Origin: an uncultured Eubacteriales bacterium
GTDB taxonomy: Bacteria; Actinomycetota; Coriobacteriia; Anaerosomatales; JAAXUF01
Reading direction: 5' to 3'
Assembly (NCBI GenBank): GCA_964388455.1
Contig: CAYMAN010000001.1
Coordinates: 27,158 to 91,157, forward strand
DNA: 64,000 bases
The notes beneath the pieces were generated by a model. That model was not told where the DNA came from, made no database searches, and worked only from the letters and a program-made list of their open reading frames with translations. Every line of letters begins with the position of its first letter. Positions within the stretch are counted from its first letter, which is position 1. A program made the translations under genes and the position numbers. Of this stretch, positions 1 through 8,894 are shown one piece after another.

Positions 1-345
1 CGCGAAGTCGCGATCCCCCAGCAGCGGCGTCACGATCAGCACCGACAGCGACCCGGTGAAGAGCACCGCGACGCCCGTGACCGACACGATCGGAATCAGA
101 ATCGCCGAGCGAAGCAGGTTGCGACGCAACGGATCGGTGCTGTCCGTGAGGAACGTCGCAAGCAAGCCGAGCAGGAACGGTACGGTCACCAGGGCGACGT
201 ACTGGAATGTATAGGTGCGAAACGGGAGTCCGGCAAGGGTCGCCACGCCGGGCGCGAGGAACGCGAGTGTGAACGCGTACACAAGCGCGTAGGTATCTAA
301 GAAGCCTGGCTCTCGTTCTACTGGCAGAGCCGTTGGTTCGGACAT
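1..345 (-). CDS. integral membrane protein; only the 5' part of the gene lies in the window
   Basis: Minus-strand ATG at 345..343 gives MSEPTALPVEREPGFLDTYALVYAFTLAFLAPGVATLAGLPFRTYTFQYVALVTV... and stays open to position 1. Hydrophobic TM-like segments. Absent from the ORF track because there is no stop in the window. Confidence 0.4.
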   Translation of the reverse strand, partial: MSEPTALPVEREPGFLDTYALVYAFTLAFLAPGVATLAGLPFRTYTFQYVALVTVPFLLGLLATFLTDSTDPLRRNLLRSAILIPIVSVTGVAVLFTGSLSVLIVTPLLGDRDFA

Positions 346-424
346 GGACGCCTCCGGAAACGAGCGGTACGGACGGGCCAAGCATGCCCTCGTGTGCGGG
401 CTCGCTCCATGACTTGCGTCAATT

Positions 425-1102
425 CTAGCGTCCGCTTGTGTCTTCGAACGCCACGACGCTTCCGTCGAGCTCCCCGCTCGCGCGGTTCATGGGAGTCGCG
501 GAGAGCGTCAGCGGCGTCGCACGATTATCGGGCCACTCGGCTATGAATGTGCGGCGCGTGATGGTTCCGGCCGATACGATGTCGGCGAGCGTGAACTCTG
601 TTCCGGTCATCGGGTCGCGCAGAACCCAGCTCGGCGTCAGATGCACGCTGCCCATGGTGTCACTCTGCAAACCCAGGATTCTCTCGGCGCCTTCGTTGGA
701 GAAGGTGATGCCACCGACGAGATCCAACACGATGATTCCACCGGGGACCGTGTCGACGATACTCAGGAGCAGATCGTTCTGTAGTCGCATCGAGCGTGCA
801 AGTCGGTGCTGCACGTCCAATTGATGGTTGAGATACATCGTGCTGGCGACCCAGGCCAACGCTGGCAGGAACAGCAGCTCAACATAGTCCTCGAGTGCGT
901 CGAGGTCGACGGTGAGACCGGTGTGCTCAAGGACGTTGGATATCCCCACGAACACGTACAACCCCATGGCGACCGCGAACACGTAGCGTACGGACTTAGT
1001 GATGAGCGGGCTTCTGACACGACTCGTCAGCGTCAGGATCACAGCGATCGTGAACGCCAAGAGACTGACCACATCAGCGAGTATCACTGCCCAGCTACTC
1101 AT
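425..1102 (-). CDS. membrane-anchored PAS-domain sensor protein with no recognisable output domain
   Basis: Track ORF 425..1141. Start moved to ATG 1102 (MSSWAVILADVV...), which overlaps the upstream stop in ATGAGTAG. Hydrophobic N-terminal half, then a PAS-like segment DTVPGGIIVLDLVGGITFSNEGAERILGL. Confidence 0.6.
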   Translation of the reverse strand: MSSWAVILADVVSLLAFTIAVILTLTSRVRSPLITKSVRYVFAVAMGLYVFVGISNVLEHTGLTVDLDALEDYVELLFLPALAWVASTMYLNHQLDVQHRLARSMRLQNDLLLSIVDTVPGGIIVLDLVGGITFSNEGAERILGLQSDTMGSVHLTPSWVLRDPMTGTEFTLADIVSAGTITRRTFIAEWPDNRATPLTLSATPMNRASGELDGSVVAFEDTSGR

Positions 1103-1385
1103 CCGCCACCGACCCAGACTCAGCGACCCGGCGGCCGACAAGGACCGTCAGCCAGACAAACGCGACACCCGCCAGCGCATAGCTCGCATGCTCGAGGAGG
1201 TTGAAGAAGTCAGGGAAGGCGATTCCTTCGACGATCGTGGCCACGTAGCCGCTGAGCATAAGTCCGATGCAAAGCGCCACCGTACCGAACAAGGCGGGTG
1301 TGATACGGCGCGCGATGACAACGACGATCGGTCCGAGGACCAGCATCATCATGAGATCCGCGATCTCGCTCGCCTGGAATTGCAC
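1095..1385 (-). CDS. small integral membrane protein (96 aa), translationally coupled to the PAS sensor
   Basis: ORF 1095..1385 with three hydrophobic stretches (LMMMLVLGPIVVVIA, FGTVALCIGLMLSGYVATIV, ALAGVAFVWLTVLV). 8-nt overlap with the downstream start. Confidence 0.5.
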   Translation of the reverse strand: MQFQASEIADLMMMLVLGPIVVVIARRITPALFGTVALCIGLMLSGYVATIVEGIAFPDFFNLLEHASYALAGVAFVWLTVLVGRRVAESGSVADE

Positions 1386-1445
1386 GTATCCGCACCCCCT
1401 GCACGCTGTTCCTTCAGTGTACCTGACCTAGTGCCGAGCGCCGGA

Positions 1446-2324
1446 TCAGCGTTGCCTCCGCGCACCGGGATAGCCACCGAGCGCGGTGTAGGTCTCGGGG
1501 TTGGGACCGATTCGATGTCCGGAGTCGAGCGCATTGATCGCTTCGATCTCCTCCTCGGTGAGCGAGAAGTCGTAGACATCGCAGTTCTCGGCGATGCGCT
1601 CCGGGTGGACTGACTTAGGAATCGTGGTGATGCCGAGCTCGAGGATCCAGCGAATCGAGACCTGGGCGGGTGTCTTGCCGTACTTCTCGGCGATGGCGAT
1701 GAGGAGCGGGATGTCAGACACTTTGCCGCGCATGAGCGGCGCCCAGGCCTGCATGGTGATGCCGTACTCGCAGCAGGTCGCCTGCAGGTCCGGCTGCTGG
1801 AGGCGCGGGTGGAACTCGAACTGGTTGACTGCGGGGAGCACGTTGGCGAACGACGCCAGCTCGTGGAGGTGATGCGGCAGGTAGTTGCACACGCCGATCG
1901 CCCGAGTGCGACCCGAGGCGAGCAGCTCCTCCATCGCGCGCCAGGTCTCGCGGACGTGCTGCGACCACGGCCAGTGGATGAGGTAGAGGTCGACCTGCTC
2001 GACGCCCAGACGTTTGAGGCTCGCATCGAATGCGGTGAGCGCCGGCTCGTAGCCTTGGTCAGAGTTCCACAGCTTGGTCGTGAGGAAGATGTCGTCGTGC
2101 GGGATGCCGCTTGCGCGGATCATCTCGCCGATGGTCTCCTCGTTGCCGTAAAGTGCCGCGGTGTCGATGAGCTGGTAGCCCATCGCGAGCCCCTCCGACA
2201 CCTCGCGGGCGACATCAGGACCCTTGTCGGCCTTGTAGGTTCCCAGGCCCAAGCGGTGCATCTCGACGTCGGGGGCGATCGTTACGGTATCGGTGAGCGC
2301 GTGCAGCTCTACGGTGTCGGCCAT
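1446..2324 (-). CDS. aldo/keto reductase family oxidoreductase
   Basis: Track ORF 1446..2525 trimmed to ATG 2324 (MADTVELH...), preceded by AGGAGG. AKR-like sequence (GLGTYK, IDTAALYGNEE, LYLIHWP, IPKSVHPERI). Confidence 0.85.
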   Translation of the reverse strand: MADTVELHALTDTVTIAPDVEMHRLGLGTYKADKGPDVAREVSEGLAMGYQLIDTAALYGNEETIGEMIRASGIPHDDIFLTTKLWNSDQGYEPALTAFDASLKRLGVEQVDLYLIHWPWSQHVRETWRAMEELLASGRTRAIGVCNYLPHHLHELASFANVLPAVNQFEFHPRLQQPDLQATCCEYGITMQAWAPLMRGKVSDIPLLIAIAEKYGKTPAQVSIRWILELGITTIPKSVHPERIAENCDVYDFSLTEEEIEAINALDSGHRIGPNPETYTALGGYPGARRQR

Positions 2325-2506
2325 TGGTGAATACCTCCTGACTCTGAGTGTACCCGTGCCCAGCGTTGGCCGACCGAGAGTTCGCGCACAAAAGTTACAA
2401 GATGCGTTCATGGCGCGCGGGTTGCATAATGCACAGGCGCACACGCGCGCGTACACGATAGTGCCGTCGGGATCGGCCCGGCACAGACTCGCAGGAGGCT
2501 TCACCC

Positions 2507-3712
2507 ATGGCGCACGTCCGCTCACTCTTCTTCAAGGGCCCGCTGGCCGACGTCGAGAACAAGGCGATCACCGCCTTCAAGCTGGGCCGCCCCAGCGACG
2601 TGATCTGGAACATCACCAATCGCTGCAACCTCCTGTGCGACCACTGCTACATGGCCGCCGACGGGCACAGCCGGCCCGACGAGCTCACCGACGAAGAGAC
2701 CATCGCGCTGGTCCACCAGATGGGCGAGCGCAAGCTGCCGGCCCTGTTCCTCTCGGGTGGCGAGCCGATGATGCGCAAGAACTTCTGGGAAATCCTCGAG
2801 TTGGCGCGCAGCTACGGCATCCGCGTCACCGTCTCCACCAACTGCACCTTCATCGACCGCGACGCCGCCAAGCGCCTCAAGGCCAACGGCATCGACTGGA
2901 TCGCGACCTCACTCTACGGCCCCGTCGACTTCCACGACGCGATGGTCCAGGTGCCCGGCACGCGCGACAAGGTCATCGAGGCCATCAAGATCCTGCGGGA
3001 GGAAGGCGTGAACGTCGCCATCAAGACCGCCATCTCGGCCGAGACCTGGCCGCACATCTACGACCTCATCGCCGAGGCCAAGTCCCTCGACGTCGGCCTC
3101 CTCTACTTCTGCGACCTCATCACCGCAGGCCGCAGTGAGGGCGAGGACGACGGTCGCATCACGCCCGAGCAGTGGCGCGAGCTCGCCGACTTCATCATCG
3201 AGGACCTCATCGCCGGCGAAGAGTCGGGCGTCAAAGGCATGGAGTGGGACATCGGCGCGATGCCGAGCTTCATCCCCTACGTCGCCGAGCAGTTCACCGC
3301 GCGCGGCATCGACGTCAGCAACGGCCTCGAGCGCCTCAAGACCATCTCGGCGTGCCCGGTGGGTAAGGGCCACATGAACATCAACTCCGAGGGCGGCATC
3401 ATGCCTTGCCAGTTCGCTCAGGACTGGACGATCGGCAATGTCCGCGAGATGTCGCTGCAAGAAGCCGTCTGCGAGCTCTACAAGCTCGATGAGCAGGAGG
3501 CCAAGGGCGTCTGCTCCCCCGAGGCGTGCGAGTATTCGCGCATCTGTCGCGGCTGCCGCGCCAAGGCCTGGCAGCGCACCGGTGACCCCATGGCCGAGGA
3601 CGTCACGTGCCTCCTCCACGCCGGTACCGACCGCTCCGAGCTCGTCGCGCACATCGAGGCGACGCCGGAGTTCCAGCGCTCGGCGCCGTGCTCGGTGCCC
3701 GGGAGCTGTTAA
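2507..3712 (+). CDS. radical SAM / SPASM-domain enzyme (AhbD/NirJ-like architecture)
   Basis: CxxxCxxC cluster motif NITNRCNLLCDHCY, GGEP motif (LSGGEPMM), and a Cys-rich C-terminal SPASM-like region (CPVGKGHMNI...MPCQF...CSPEACEYSRICRGCRAKAW). Confidence 0.85.
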   Translation: MAHVRSLFFKGPLADVENKAITAFKLGRPSDVIWNITNRCNLLCDHCYMAADGHSRPDELTDEETIALVHQMGERKLPALFLSGGEPMMRKNFWEILELARSYGIRVTVSTNCTFIDRDAAKRLKANGIDWIATSLYGPVDFHDAMVQVPGTRDKVIEAIKILREEGVNVAIKTAISAETWPHIYDLIAEAKSLDVGLLYFCDLITAGRSEGEDDGRITPEQWRELADFIIEDLIAGEESGVKGMEWDIGAMPSFIPYVAEQFTARGIDVSNGLERLKTISACPVGKGHMNINSEGGIMPCQFAQDWTIGNVREMSLQEAVCELYKLDEQEAKGVCSPEACEYSRICRGCRAKAWQRTGDPMAEDVTCLLHAGTDRSELVAHIEATPEFQRSAPCSVPGSC

Positions 3713-3818
3713 TTCCGATAAGACCCCTTCCGTTAGGTGCGCTTTCCGGCCCTACTTCGGTATGCCTCATGCTCCTGACTCGCGAACACGCCTGGGAGCG
3801 AGATGTGAGGTAACCGAC

Positions 3819-4274
3819 ATGGTCGATGCGTGCCCAATCAACAGTGAGACCGTGAACAACCGTGTGGTGCGGTTGGTCGCTGGTTTCGTGGTCGTGATTG
3901 CGACCACTTTCCTCATCACACCACATTGGTGGCTGTTCTATCTGCTCGGGGGCGACTTCCTGCTCCGCGCCCTTGGGTATCGGCAGTGCAGCCCTCTCGC
4001 GAACCTGGCCCGACTCCTTGCTCGCGCGCTCAGACTCGAGCCGCAGGCGGTGAACGCCGCTCCCAAACAGTTTGCTGCAGGAATAGGTGTCGCCTTCTCT
4101 CTCATGGCCGGCACGCTGGCGCTCCTAAACCTCGAGCTTGGGGCGCGACTGGTGGCGGGCGGTCTTCTCGGCGCGGCGAGCCTCGAGGCTCTGTTCGGCT
4201 ACTGCGTCGGCTGCAGGATCTACTCGCTCATTCCGCGACGATCTGTCGAAGGGCGAGCTTCGGCCAGAGTCTAG
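3819..4274 (+). CDS. DUF4395-like small membrane protein with a C-terminal CxxC
   Basis: In-frame ATG 3819 inside track ORF 3438..4274. MVDACPINSETVNNRVVRLVAGFVVV..., hydrophobic helices, C-terminal FGYCVGCRIYSL. Confidence 0.6.
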   Translation: MVDACPINSETVNNRVVRLVAGFVVVIATTFLITPHWWLFYLLGGDFLLRALGYRQCSPLANLARLLARALRLEPQAVNAAPKQFAAGIGVAFSLMAGTLALLNLELGARLVAGGLLGAASLEALFGYCVGCRIYSLIPRRSVEGRASARV

Positions 4275-4389
4275 CCGCGTCGCGAAACGCCTCCGGCGAT
4301 AACGCCTGATTGCGCATCCCAAGAGTGCGTAAACCGGGGAGTTCCGGATTCTATACTTCTTTCCCCGACGTCTACCGCAGGAGCGTGCC

Positions 4390-5532
4390 ATGAACTTCGA
4401 AACCCTCGCCATCCACGCCGGACACGAACCGGATCCCGCGTACGGCGCAGTGATGCCTCCGATCTACCAGACCTCAACCTTCGCCTTTCTGGGCTTCGAC
4501 AAGCCCGGCGAGTTCGACTACACGCGGTCGGGCAACCCCACCCGCAAGGCGCTCGAGCAGTGTCTCGCCGCGCTCGAGGGCGGCGTCGCCGGGTTCGCGT
4601 TCTGCACCGGCATGGCGGCCAGCGCCACGATGTTCTCGCACTTCTCGGCGGGCGATCACCTGATCGTGCACGACGACATCTACGGCGGGACCTACCGCCT
4701 GCTCGCGAGCGTCGTGTCCGAGAGGGGCATCGCGATCGACTTCGTGAACCTGCGCGACATCGCCGCAGTCGAAGCTGCGGTGCGACCGGAGACGAAGGGC
4801 ATCTGGATCGAGACGCCGACCAACCCGCTCATGAACCTCGTGGATCTGCGCGAGATCGCGGAGTTCGCCAAGGCTCGAGACATCCTCACCATCTGCGACA
4901 ACACGTTCCTGTCGCCGTACTTCCAGCGGCCGCTGGAGCTGGGCATCGACGTCGTCATGCACTCGACGACCAAGTACATCAACGGCCACAGCGACGTCGT
5001 GGGTGGCGCGCTCATCACCGCCCGAGAGGACCTGGCCGAGAGGATCGGCTTCCTCCAGAACGCCACCGGCTCGGCGCAGGCGCCGTTCGAGTGCTTCCTC
5101 GTGCTGCGTGGCGTCAAGACGCTTGCGGTTCGCATGCAGGCACACAACGCCAACGCCCTGAAGATCGCGCACTACCTCGAGTCGCATCCCCAGATCGCCA
5201 CGGTCCTGCACCCGGGTCTCGAGAGCCACCCGCAGCATGCGCTGGCCAAGTCGCAAGCGACCGGTTTTGGCGGGACGTTCTCGTTTCGCATCAAGGGCGG
5301 TAACGACGAAGCCCGCGTCTTCCTCGAGGCGCTCGAGCTGTTCATCCTCGCCGAGTCGCTCGGCGGTGTTGAGTCGCTCATCGAGCAGCCGTTCACGATG
5401 ACGCACGTATCCATGCCCGAGGATGTGCGTCGCTCCATCGGGATCACCGAGGACCTCATCCGTGTCTCAGTAGGCATCGAGAACGTCGACGACCTCATCG
5501 CGGACCTGGATCAGGCACTCGCACGGATCTAG
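4390..5532 (+). CDS. Cys/Met-metabolism PLP-dependent enzyme (cystathionine gamma-synthase / gamma- or beta-lyase family)
   Basis: 380 aa. Family-typical N-terminus MNFETLAIHAG and PLP-lysine region HSTTKYINGHSDVVGGA. Substrate specificity cannot be resolved by eye. Confidence 0.9.
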   Translation: MNFETLAIHAGHEPDPAYGAVMPPIYQTSTFAFLGFDKPGEFDYTRSGNPTRKALEQCLAALEGGVAGFAFCTGMAASATMFSHFSAGDHLIVHDDIYGGTYRLLASVVSERGIAIDFVNLRDIAAVEAAVRPETKGIWIETPTNPLMNLVDLREIAEFAKARDILTICDNTFLSPYFQRPLELGIDVVMHSTTKYINGHSDVVGGALITAREDLAERIGFLQNATGSAQAPFECFLVLRGVKTLAVRMQAHNANALKIAHYLESHPQIATVLHPGLESHPQHALAKSQATGFGGTFSFRIKGGNDEARVFLEALELFILAESLGGVESLIEQPFTMTHVSMPEDVRRSIGITEDLIRVSVGIENVDDLIADLDQALARI

Positions 5533-5562
5533 CGGCTGCAGGGTCGACGCATATCGCACGAA

Positions 5563-5588
5563 AAAGGGCCCCGTTGCCGGGGCCCTTT
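5563..5588. terminator. bidirectional intrinsic-terminator-like hairpin
   Basis: AAAGGGCCCCG-TTGC-CGGGGCCCTTT, a perfect 11-bp stem. It has an A-run 5' and TTT 3' on the plus strand, so a TTTTT tail follows the stem on the minus strand. Lies 31 nt after the stop at 5532. Confidence 0.6.
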
Positions 5589-5679
5589 CCATCGCTGCCG
5601 AACAGCGACGCCGTGCGTTTCGCGAGTATCGCGTTGCAGTCACGTTGCGGGGCTTGTGAGGCCGCGGAACGCCGCTGTT

Positions 5680-5748
5680 CTAGGCGGTGCCGACCTCCGT
5701 GTTACCGGATACCGTCGGGACCAGTGCAGCGATGCAATTACTTCGCAC
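5680..5748 (-). CDS. candidate 22-aa small ORF (MRSNCIAALVPTVSGNTEVGTA); hypothetical
   Basis: GTG at 5748 with AAGGAGGTGA upstream (10 nt between GGAGG and GTG). Ends TAG 5682..5680. The minus-strand T-tailed terminator lies about 90 nt downstream. No homology recognised. Confidence 0.2.
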   Translation of the reverse strand: MRSNCIAALVPTVSGNTEVGTA

Positions 5749-5956
5749 TACTGGCTCACCTCCTTTTCAACAGCGGGTGCCGAAATGCGCCCTCGGGATT
5801 CCCCGTGCAGACATCGCTAGCGAGTGCCGTGCCGAGATTCACTCGGGCACGGGATTCGCTCCTTGCCCGTGCACGCGCGACTCCGCTCGCCGCCGTATGC
5901 AGGACCGCAGATTGGGTCCGGCTGTTGTTTCACCAGATGGGGACGGGACGAGGGCT

Positions 5957-6415
5957 ATGACCGATCCGGCATTCCAACCGAAGATACTGGGAATCCTCTG
6001 TACCTGGTGCTCCTACTCGGGGGCCGATGGCGCGGGTCAGTCTCGGACGGCGTATCCTCCCAACGTCAAGGTGGTCCGCGTCATGTGCAGCGGCCGCGTC
6101 GATCCCTCGTTCATCATCTCAGCTCTAGCCGACGGCGCGGACGGGGTGCTGGTCTGCGGCTGTCACCCCGGCGATTGCCACTACATCAACGGCAACTGCA
6201 AAGCCGCTGCGCGCATGACAGTGCTCTCCACGATGCTCGAGCAGCTGGGCATCGAGCCGGAACGCGTCCGCCTCGAGTGGATCAGCGCCTCAGAGGGCGC
6301 CCGCTACGCCGAGCTCGTCGCCGAGATGACCGAGCAGGTTCGCGCGCTCGGCCCGCTCTCGTGGAATCGCTCGGCCAGCAAAGCCGACACTGCCGACAAG
6401 GCGGTGTCGCTGTGA
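5957..6415 (+). CDS. mvhD: MvhD-type hydrogenase iron-sulfur (delta) subunit
   Basis: ATG 5957 inside track ORF 5687..6415. ILGILCTWCSYSGADGAG, MCSGRVDP and CGCHPGDCHY are typical of MvhD/FlpD. Confidence 0.85.
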   Translation: MTDPAFQPKILGILCTWCSYSGADGAGQSRTAYPPNVKVVRVMCSGRVDPSFIISALADGADGVLVCGCHPGDCHYINGNCKAAARMTVLSTMLEQLGIEPERVRLEWISASEGARYAELVAEMTEQVRALGPLSWNRSASKADTADKAVSL

Positions 6416-7395
6416 CCAAGCTGAAGCTGGGGATGTACTGCGCCGCCGGGTGCGGTGGCTGCGACATCTCGCTGCTCGAGGTACACGAGCACCTGCTCGA
6501 CATCGTCGCCGCGGCCGACATTGCGTTCTGGCCCGCTGCGACCGACTTCAAGTACGCCGACGTAGAGGCGATGGCCGACGGCGAGATCGACGTCTGCTTC
6601 TTCAACGGCGCTATCCGCAACGCCGAGAACGCCCACATCGCGAAACTCCTGCGCGCCAAGTCCAAGGTGCTAGTCGCTTACGGCGCGTGTTCGTCGTTCG
6701 GCGGGGTCCCCGGGCTCGCGAACCTCTACCCGATCCAGGACGTCATCGACCGCGCGTTCACCACGCAGTCGACCGATGCTCCTTCCGGCCAGCGCCCCTC
6801 GGCCACAGCGACCCACGCCGACGGCTCGAGCGTCGGGCTGCCCGCGATCGCTGGCACCGTCACTTCGCTGGGCGATCTGGTCCCTGTCGACTACACGCTC
6901 CCCGGCTGCCCGCCGTCCACCGACCGCGTCTGGGAAGTCGTGCAGGCGATCGTCGCCGGCGAGCTGCCCGGCGCGCCCGCGATCGTCGGCACCGGCGGCA
7001 AAGCCGTGTGCGATGACTGCCGCCTCGAGAAGCGCGGCACCCGCGTCGCGAAGTTCGTGCGCTCGCACGAGATCATCGCCGAGGACGGCCGCTGCCTCCT
7101 CGAACAAGGCATCGTCTGCATGGGCCCCGCCACGCGCTCGGGCTGCGGCGGCCAGTGCACCGACGCGCTCATGCCGTGCCGCGGCTGCTTCGGCCCCGCC
7201 GGCGACTCGCTCGACCAGGGCGCCGCGATGGTGGCGGTTCTCGGCACGCTGGTGGACTCCGAGGACGAGGCGGTCATCCGCCAGACCGTCGCCGAGGTCG
7301 TCGATCCCGCCGGCACCTTCTACTGCTTCACGCTCGCGACCTCGCTCCTCGGCCGCGCCAGAACCGCGAATCCCGCCGAGGAGGTGCGCTCGTGA
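6412..7395 (+). CDS. mvhG: [NiFe]-hydrogenase small subunit, Mvh (group 3c-like)
   Basis: GTG 6412 overlaps the mvhD stop (GTGA). MYCAAGCGGCDISLLE..., GACSSFGG, LPGCPP, and distal Cys clusters CDDC...C, CMGPATRSGCGGQC, CRGCFGP. Confidence 0.85.
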   Translation: MTKLKLGMYCAAGCGGCDISLLEVHEHLLDIVAAADIAFWPAATDFKYADVEAMADGEIDVCFFNGAIRNAENAHIAKLLRAKSKVLVAYGACSSFGGVPGLANLYPIQDVIDRAFTTQSTDAPSGQRPSATATHADGSSVGLPAIAGTVTSLGDLVPVDYTLPGCPPSTDRVWEVVQAIVAGELPGAPAIVGTGGKAVCDDCRLEKRGTRVAKFVRSHEIIAEDGRCLLEQGIVCMGPATRSGCGGQCTDALMPCRGCFGPAGDSLDQGAAMVAVLGTLVDSEDEAVIRQTVAEVVDPAGTFYCFTLATSLLGRARTANPAEEVRS

Positions 7396-8894
7396 CCCGC
7401 GTCAGTATCGATCCCATCACGCGTCTTGAGGGACACGGTCGCATCGACCTGTTCCTGGGTGACGACGGTGCCGTCAACGACGCCTTCCTGGTGATCCCGG
7501 AACTGCGCGGCTTCGAGAAGTTCCTCGAGGGCCGGCCCGTCGAAGAGATGCCGCAGATCACCGCTCGCATCTGCGGCGTGTGTCCCGAGGCGCACCACAC
7601 CGCGGCGGCAAAAGCGGCAGACGCCGTCTACAACGTGGACATCCCCGTCGCGGCTGAAATCGCCCGCCGCCTGCAGTACAACGCCTTCATGGCCGGCGAC
7701 CATGCGACGCACTTCTACGCGCTGGGTGGCCCGGACTTCATCGTCGGCCCGGATGCACCGGCTGCCGAGCGCAATATCATCGGCGTCATCAACAAGGTGG
7801 GGCCTGAGATCGCCGGCAAGGTCATCCGCATGCGCAAGGAGGCCCACGAGGTCGCAGAGATCCTCGGCGGTCGTCGGATCCATCCGGTGGGCATGGTGCC
7901 GGGCGGGATCTCGAAGCCGGTTTCGAAGGAGTCGGCGGCGCGGTTGCGTGAGATCGGCGACTACATGGTGCAGTTCGCGCGCGAGTCGCTGGTCATCTTC
8001 GACGCGCTCGTGCTCAAGCAGGACCGGCTGCTCAAGATGGTGCTCTCCAAGGCCTACTACAACCAGACCGCTTACCTCGCGCTGGTCAACAAGCAGAATC
8101 AGCCGGACGCCTACGACGGTGACGTGCGCGTGGTCGACGCCGACGGCAACGAGGTCGTGCGCTACCACCCCAGCGAGTACCTCGACCACATTGCCGAGGC
8201 GATTGTGCCGTGGAGCTACCTCAAGATGCCGTACCTGAAGAAGCTAGGCTGGAACGGCGTGTCCGAAGAAACGTCTCGGCAGATCATGCGCACCGGGCCT
8301 CTCGGCTCGCTGAACGCGAGTGATGGGATGCAGACGCCGCACGCGCAGGCCGAGTACGAGCGGTTCTACCAGACGTTCGGCGGCAAGCCCGTGCATCAGA
8401 CGCTGGCGTTTCACTGGGCACGCCTCATCGAGATGCTGCAGGCAGCCGAACTGGTCCAGCGCCTCGCCAACGATGAGCGCCTCACGTCGACCGACGTTCG
8501 CACGCTGCCCAGCGGCACGCCGCGCGAGGGCGTCGGCACGGTGGAGGCGCCGCGCGGGCTGCTCACGCACCACTACATCACCGACGAGAACGGCATCGTG
8601 CAGAAAGCGAACCTCATCGTCGGCACCACGTACCAGTACCCGGCAATCCAGCTGTCGGTGGCCAAGGCCGCCCGCGAGCTGGTGCGGCCCGGCGTCGAGC
8701 TCACCGAGCCGATCATGAACTTCATCGAGATGGCCTTCCGCGCCTACGACCCGTGCTTCGGCTGCGCGACCCATGCGCTGCCCGGCTCGACCCCGCTCGA
8801 GCTGCGCACGTTCGCGGCCGACGGCGAGCCTCTCGGCGGCCTGCGTCGCAACGGTGACGGCTCGCTCGAGCGCATCGAGGGAGGCGCGCGATGA
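7392..8894 (+). CDS. mvhA: [NiFe]-hydrogenase large subunit, Mvh (group 3c-like), Cys (not Sec) form
   Basis: GTG 7392 overlaps the mvhG stop (GTGA). N-terminal ITRLEGHG, RICGVCPEAHH, and C-terminal DPCFGCATH followed by a 39-aa extension that fits protease processing. Confidence 0.9.
   Translation: MTRVSIDPITRLEGHGRIDLFLGDDGAVNDAFLVIPELRGFEKFLEGRPVEEMPQITARICGVCPEAHHTAAAKAADAVYNVDIPVAAEIARRLQYNAFMAGDHATHFYALGGPDFIVGPDAPAAERNIIGVINKVGPEIAGKVIRMRKEAHEVAEILGGRRIHPVGMVPGGISKPVSKESAARLREIGDYMVQFARESLVIFDALVLKQDRLLKMVLSKAYYNQTAYLALVNKQNQPDAYDGDVRVVDADGNEVVRYHPSEYLDHIAEAIVPWSYLKMPYLKKLGWNGVSEETSRQIMRTGPLGSLNASDGMQTPHAQAEYERFYQTFGGKPVHQTLAFHWARLIEMLQAAELVQRLANDERLTSTDVRTLPSGTPREGVGTVEAPRGLLTHHYITDENGIVQKANLIVGTTYQYPAIQLSVAKAARELVRPGVELTEPIMNFIEMAFRAYDPCFGCATHALPGSTPLELRTFAADGEPLGGLRRNGDGSLERIEGGAR

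Noticed and set aside
2423-2433. 11-bp perfect palindrome TGCATAATGCA in the divergent AKR / radical-SAM intergenic region
   Set aside because: It could be an operator or part of a -10 element. It is a single short palindrome with no repeat and no adjacent regulator gene, which is too weak to call.
4275-4389. SAM-type riboswitch upstream of the Cys/Met PLP gene, and a cobalamin riboswitch upstream of the corrinoid operon (36536..36627)
   Set aside because: Both are short leaders of 115 and 92 nt. I could not match the conserved cores of SAM-I, SAM-IV or cobalamin elements by eye. A covariance-model scan would be needed to be certain.
5574-5960. 128-aa plus-strand ORF filling the mvhD upstream gap
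   Set aside because: It has no SD, a Cys/Arg/Pro-rich implausible sequence, and it overlaps the terminator hairpin. The region is better explained as non-coding leader and antisense elements.
7392-8894. Possibility that the hydrogenase is a [NiFeSe] enzyme, or that HdrA/MvhD contain Sec, given the Sec-msrA
   Set aside because: The C-terminal motif is DPCFGCATH with Cys codons. mvhD, mvhG, mvhA and hdrA are uninterrupted ORFs with no in-frame TGA.
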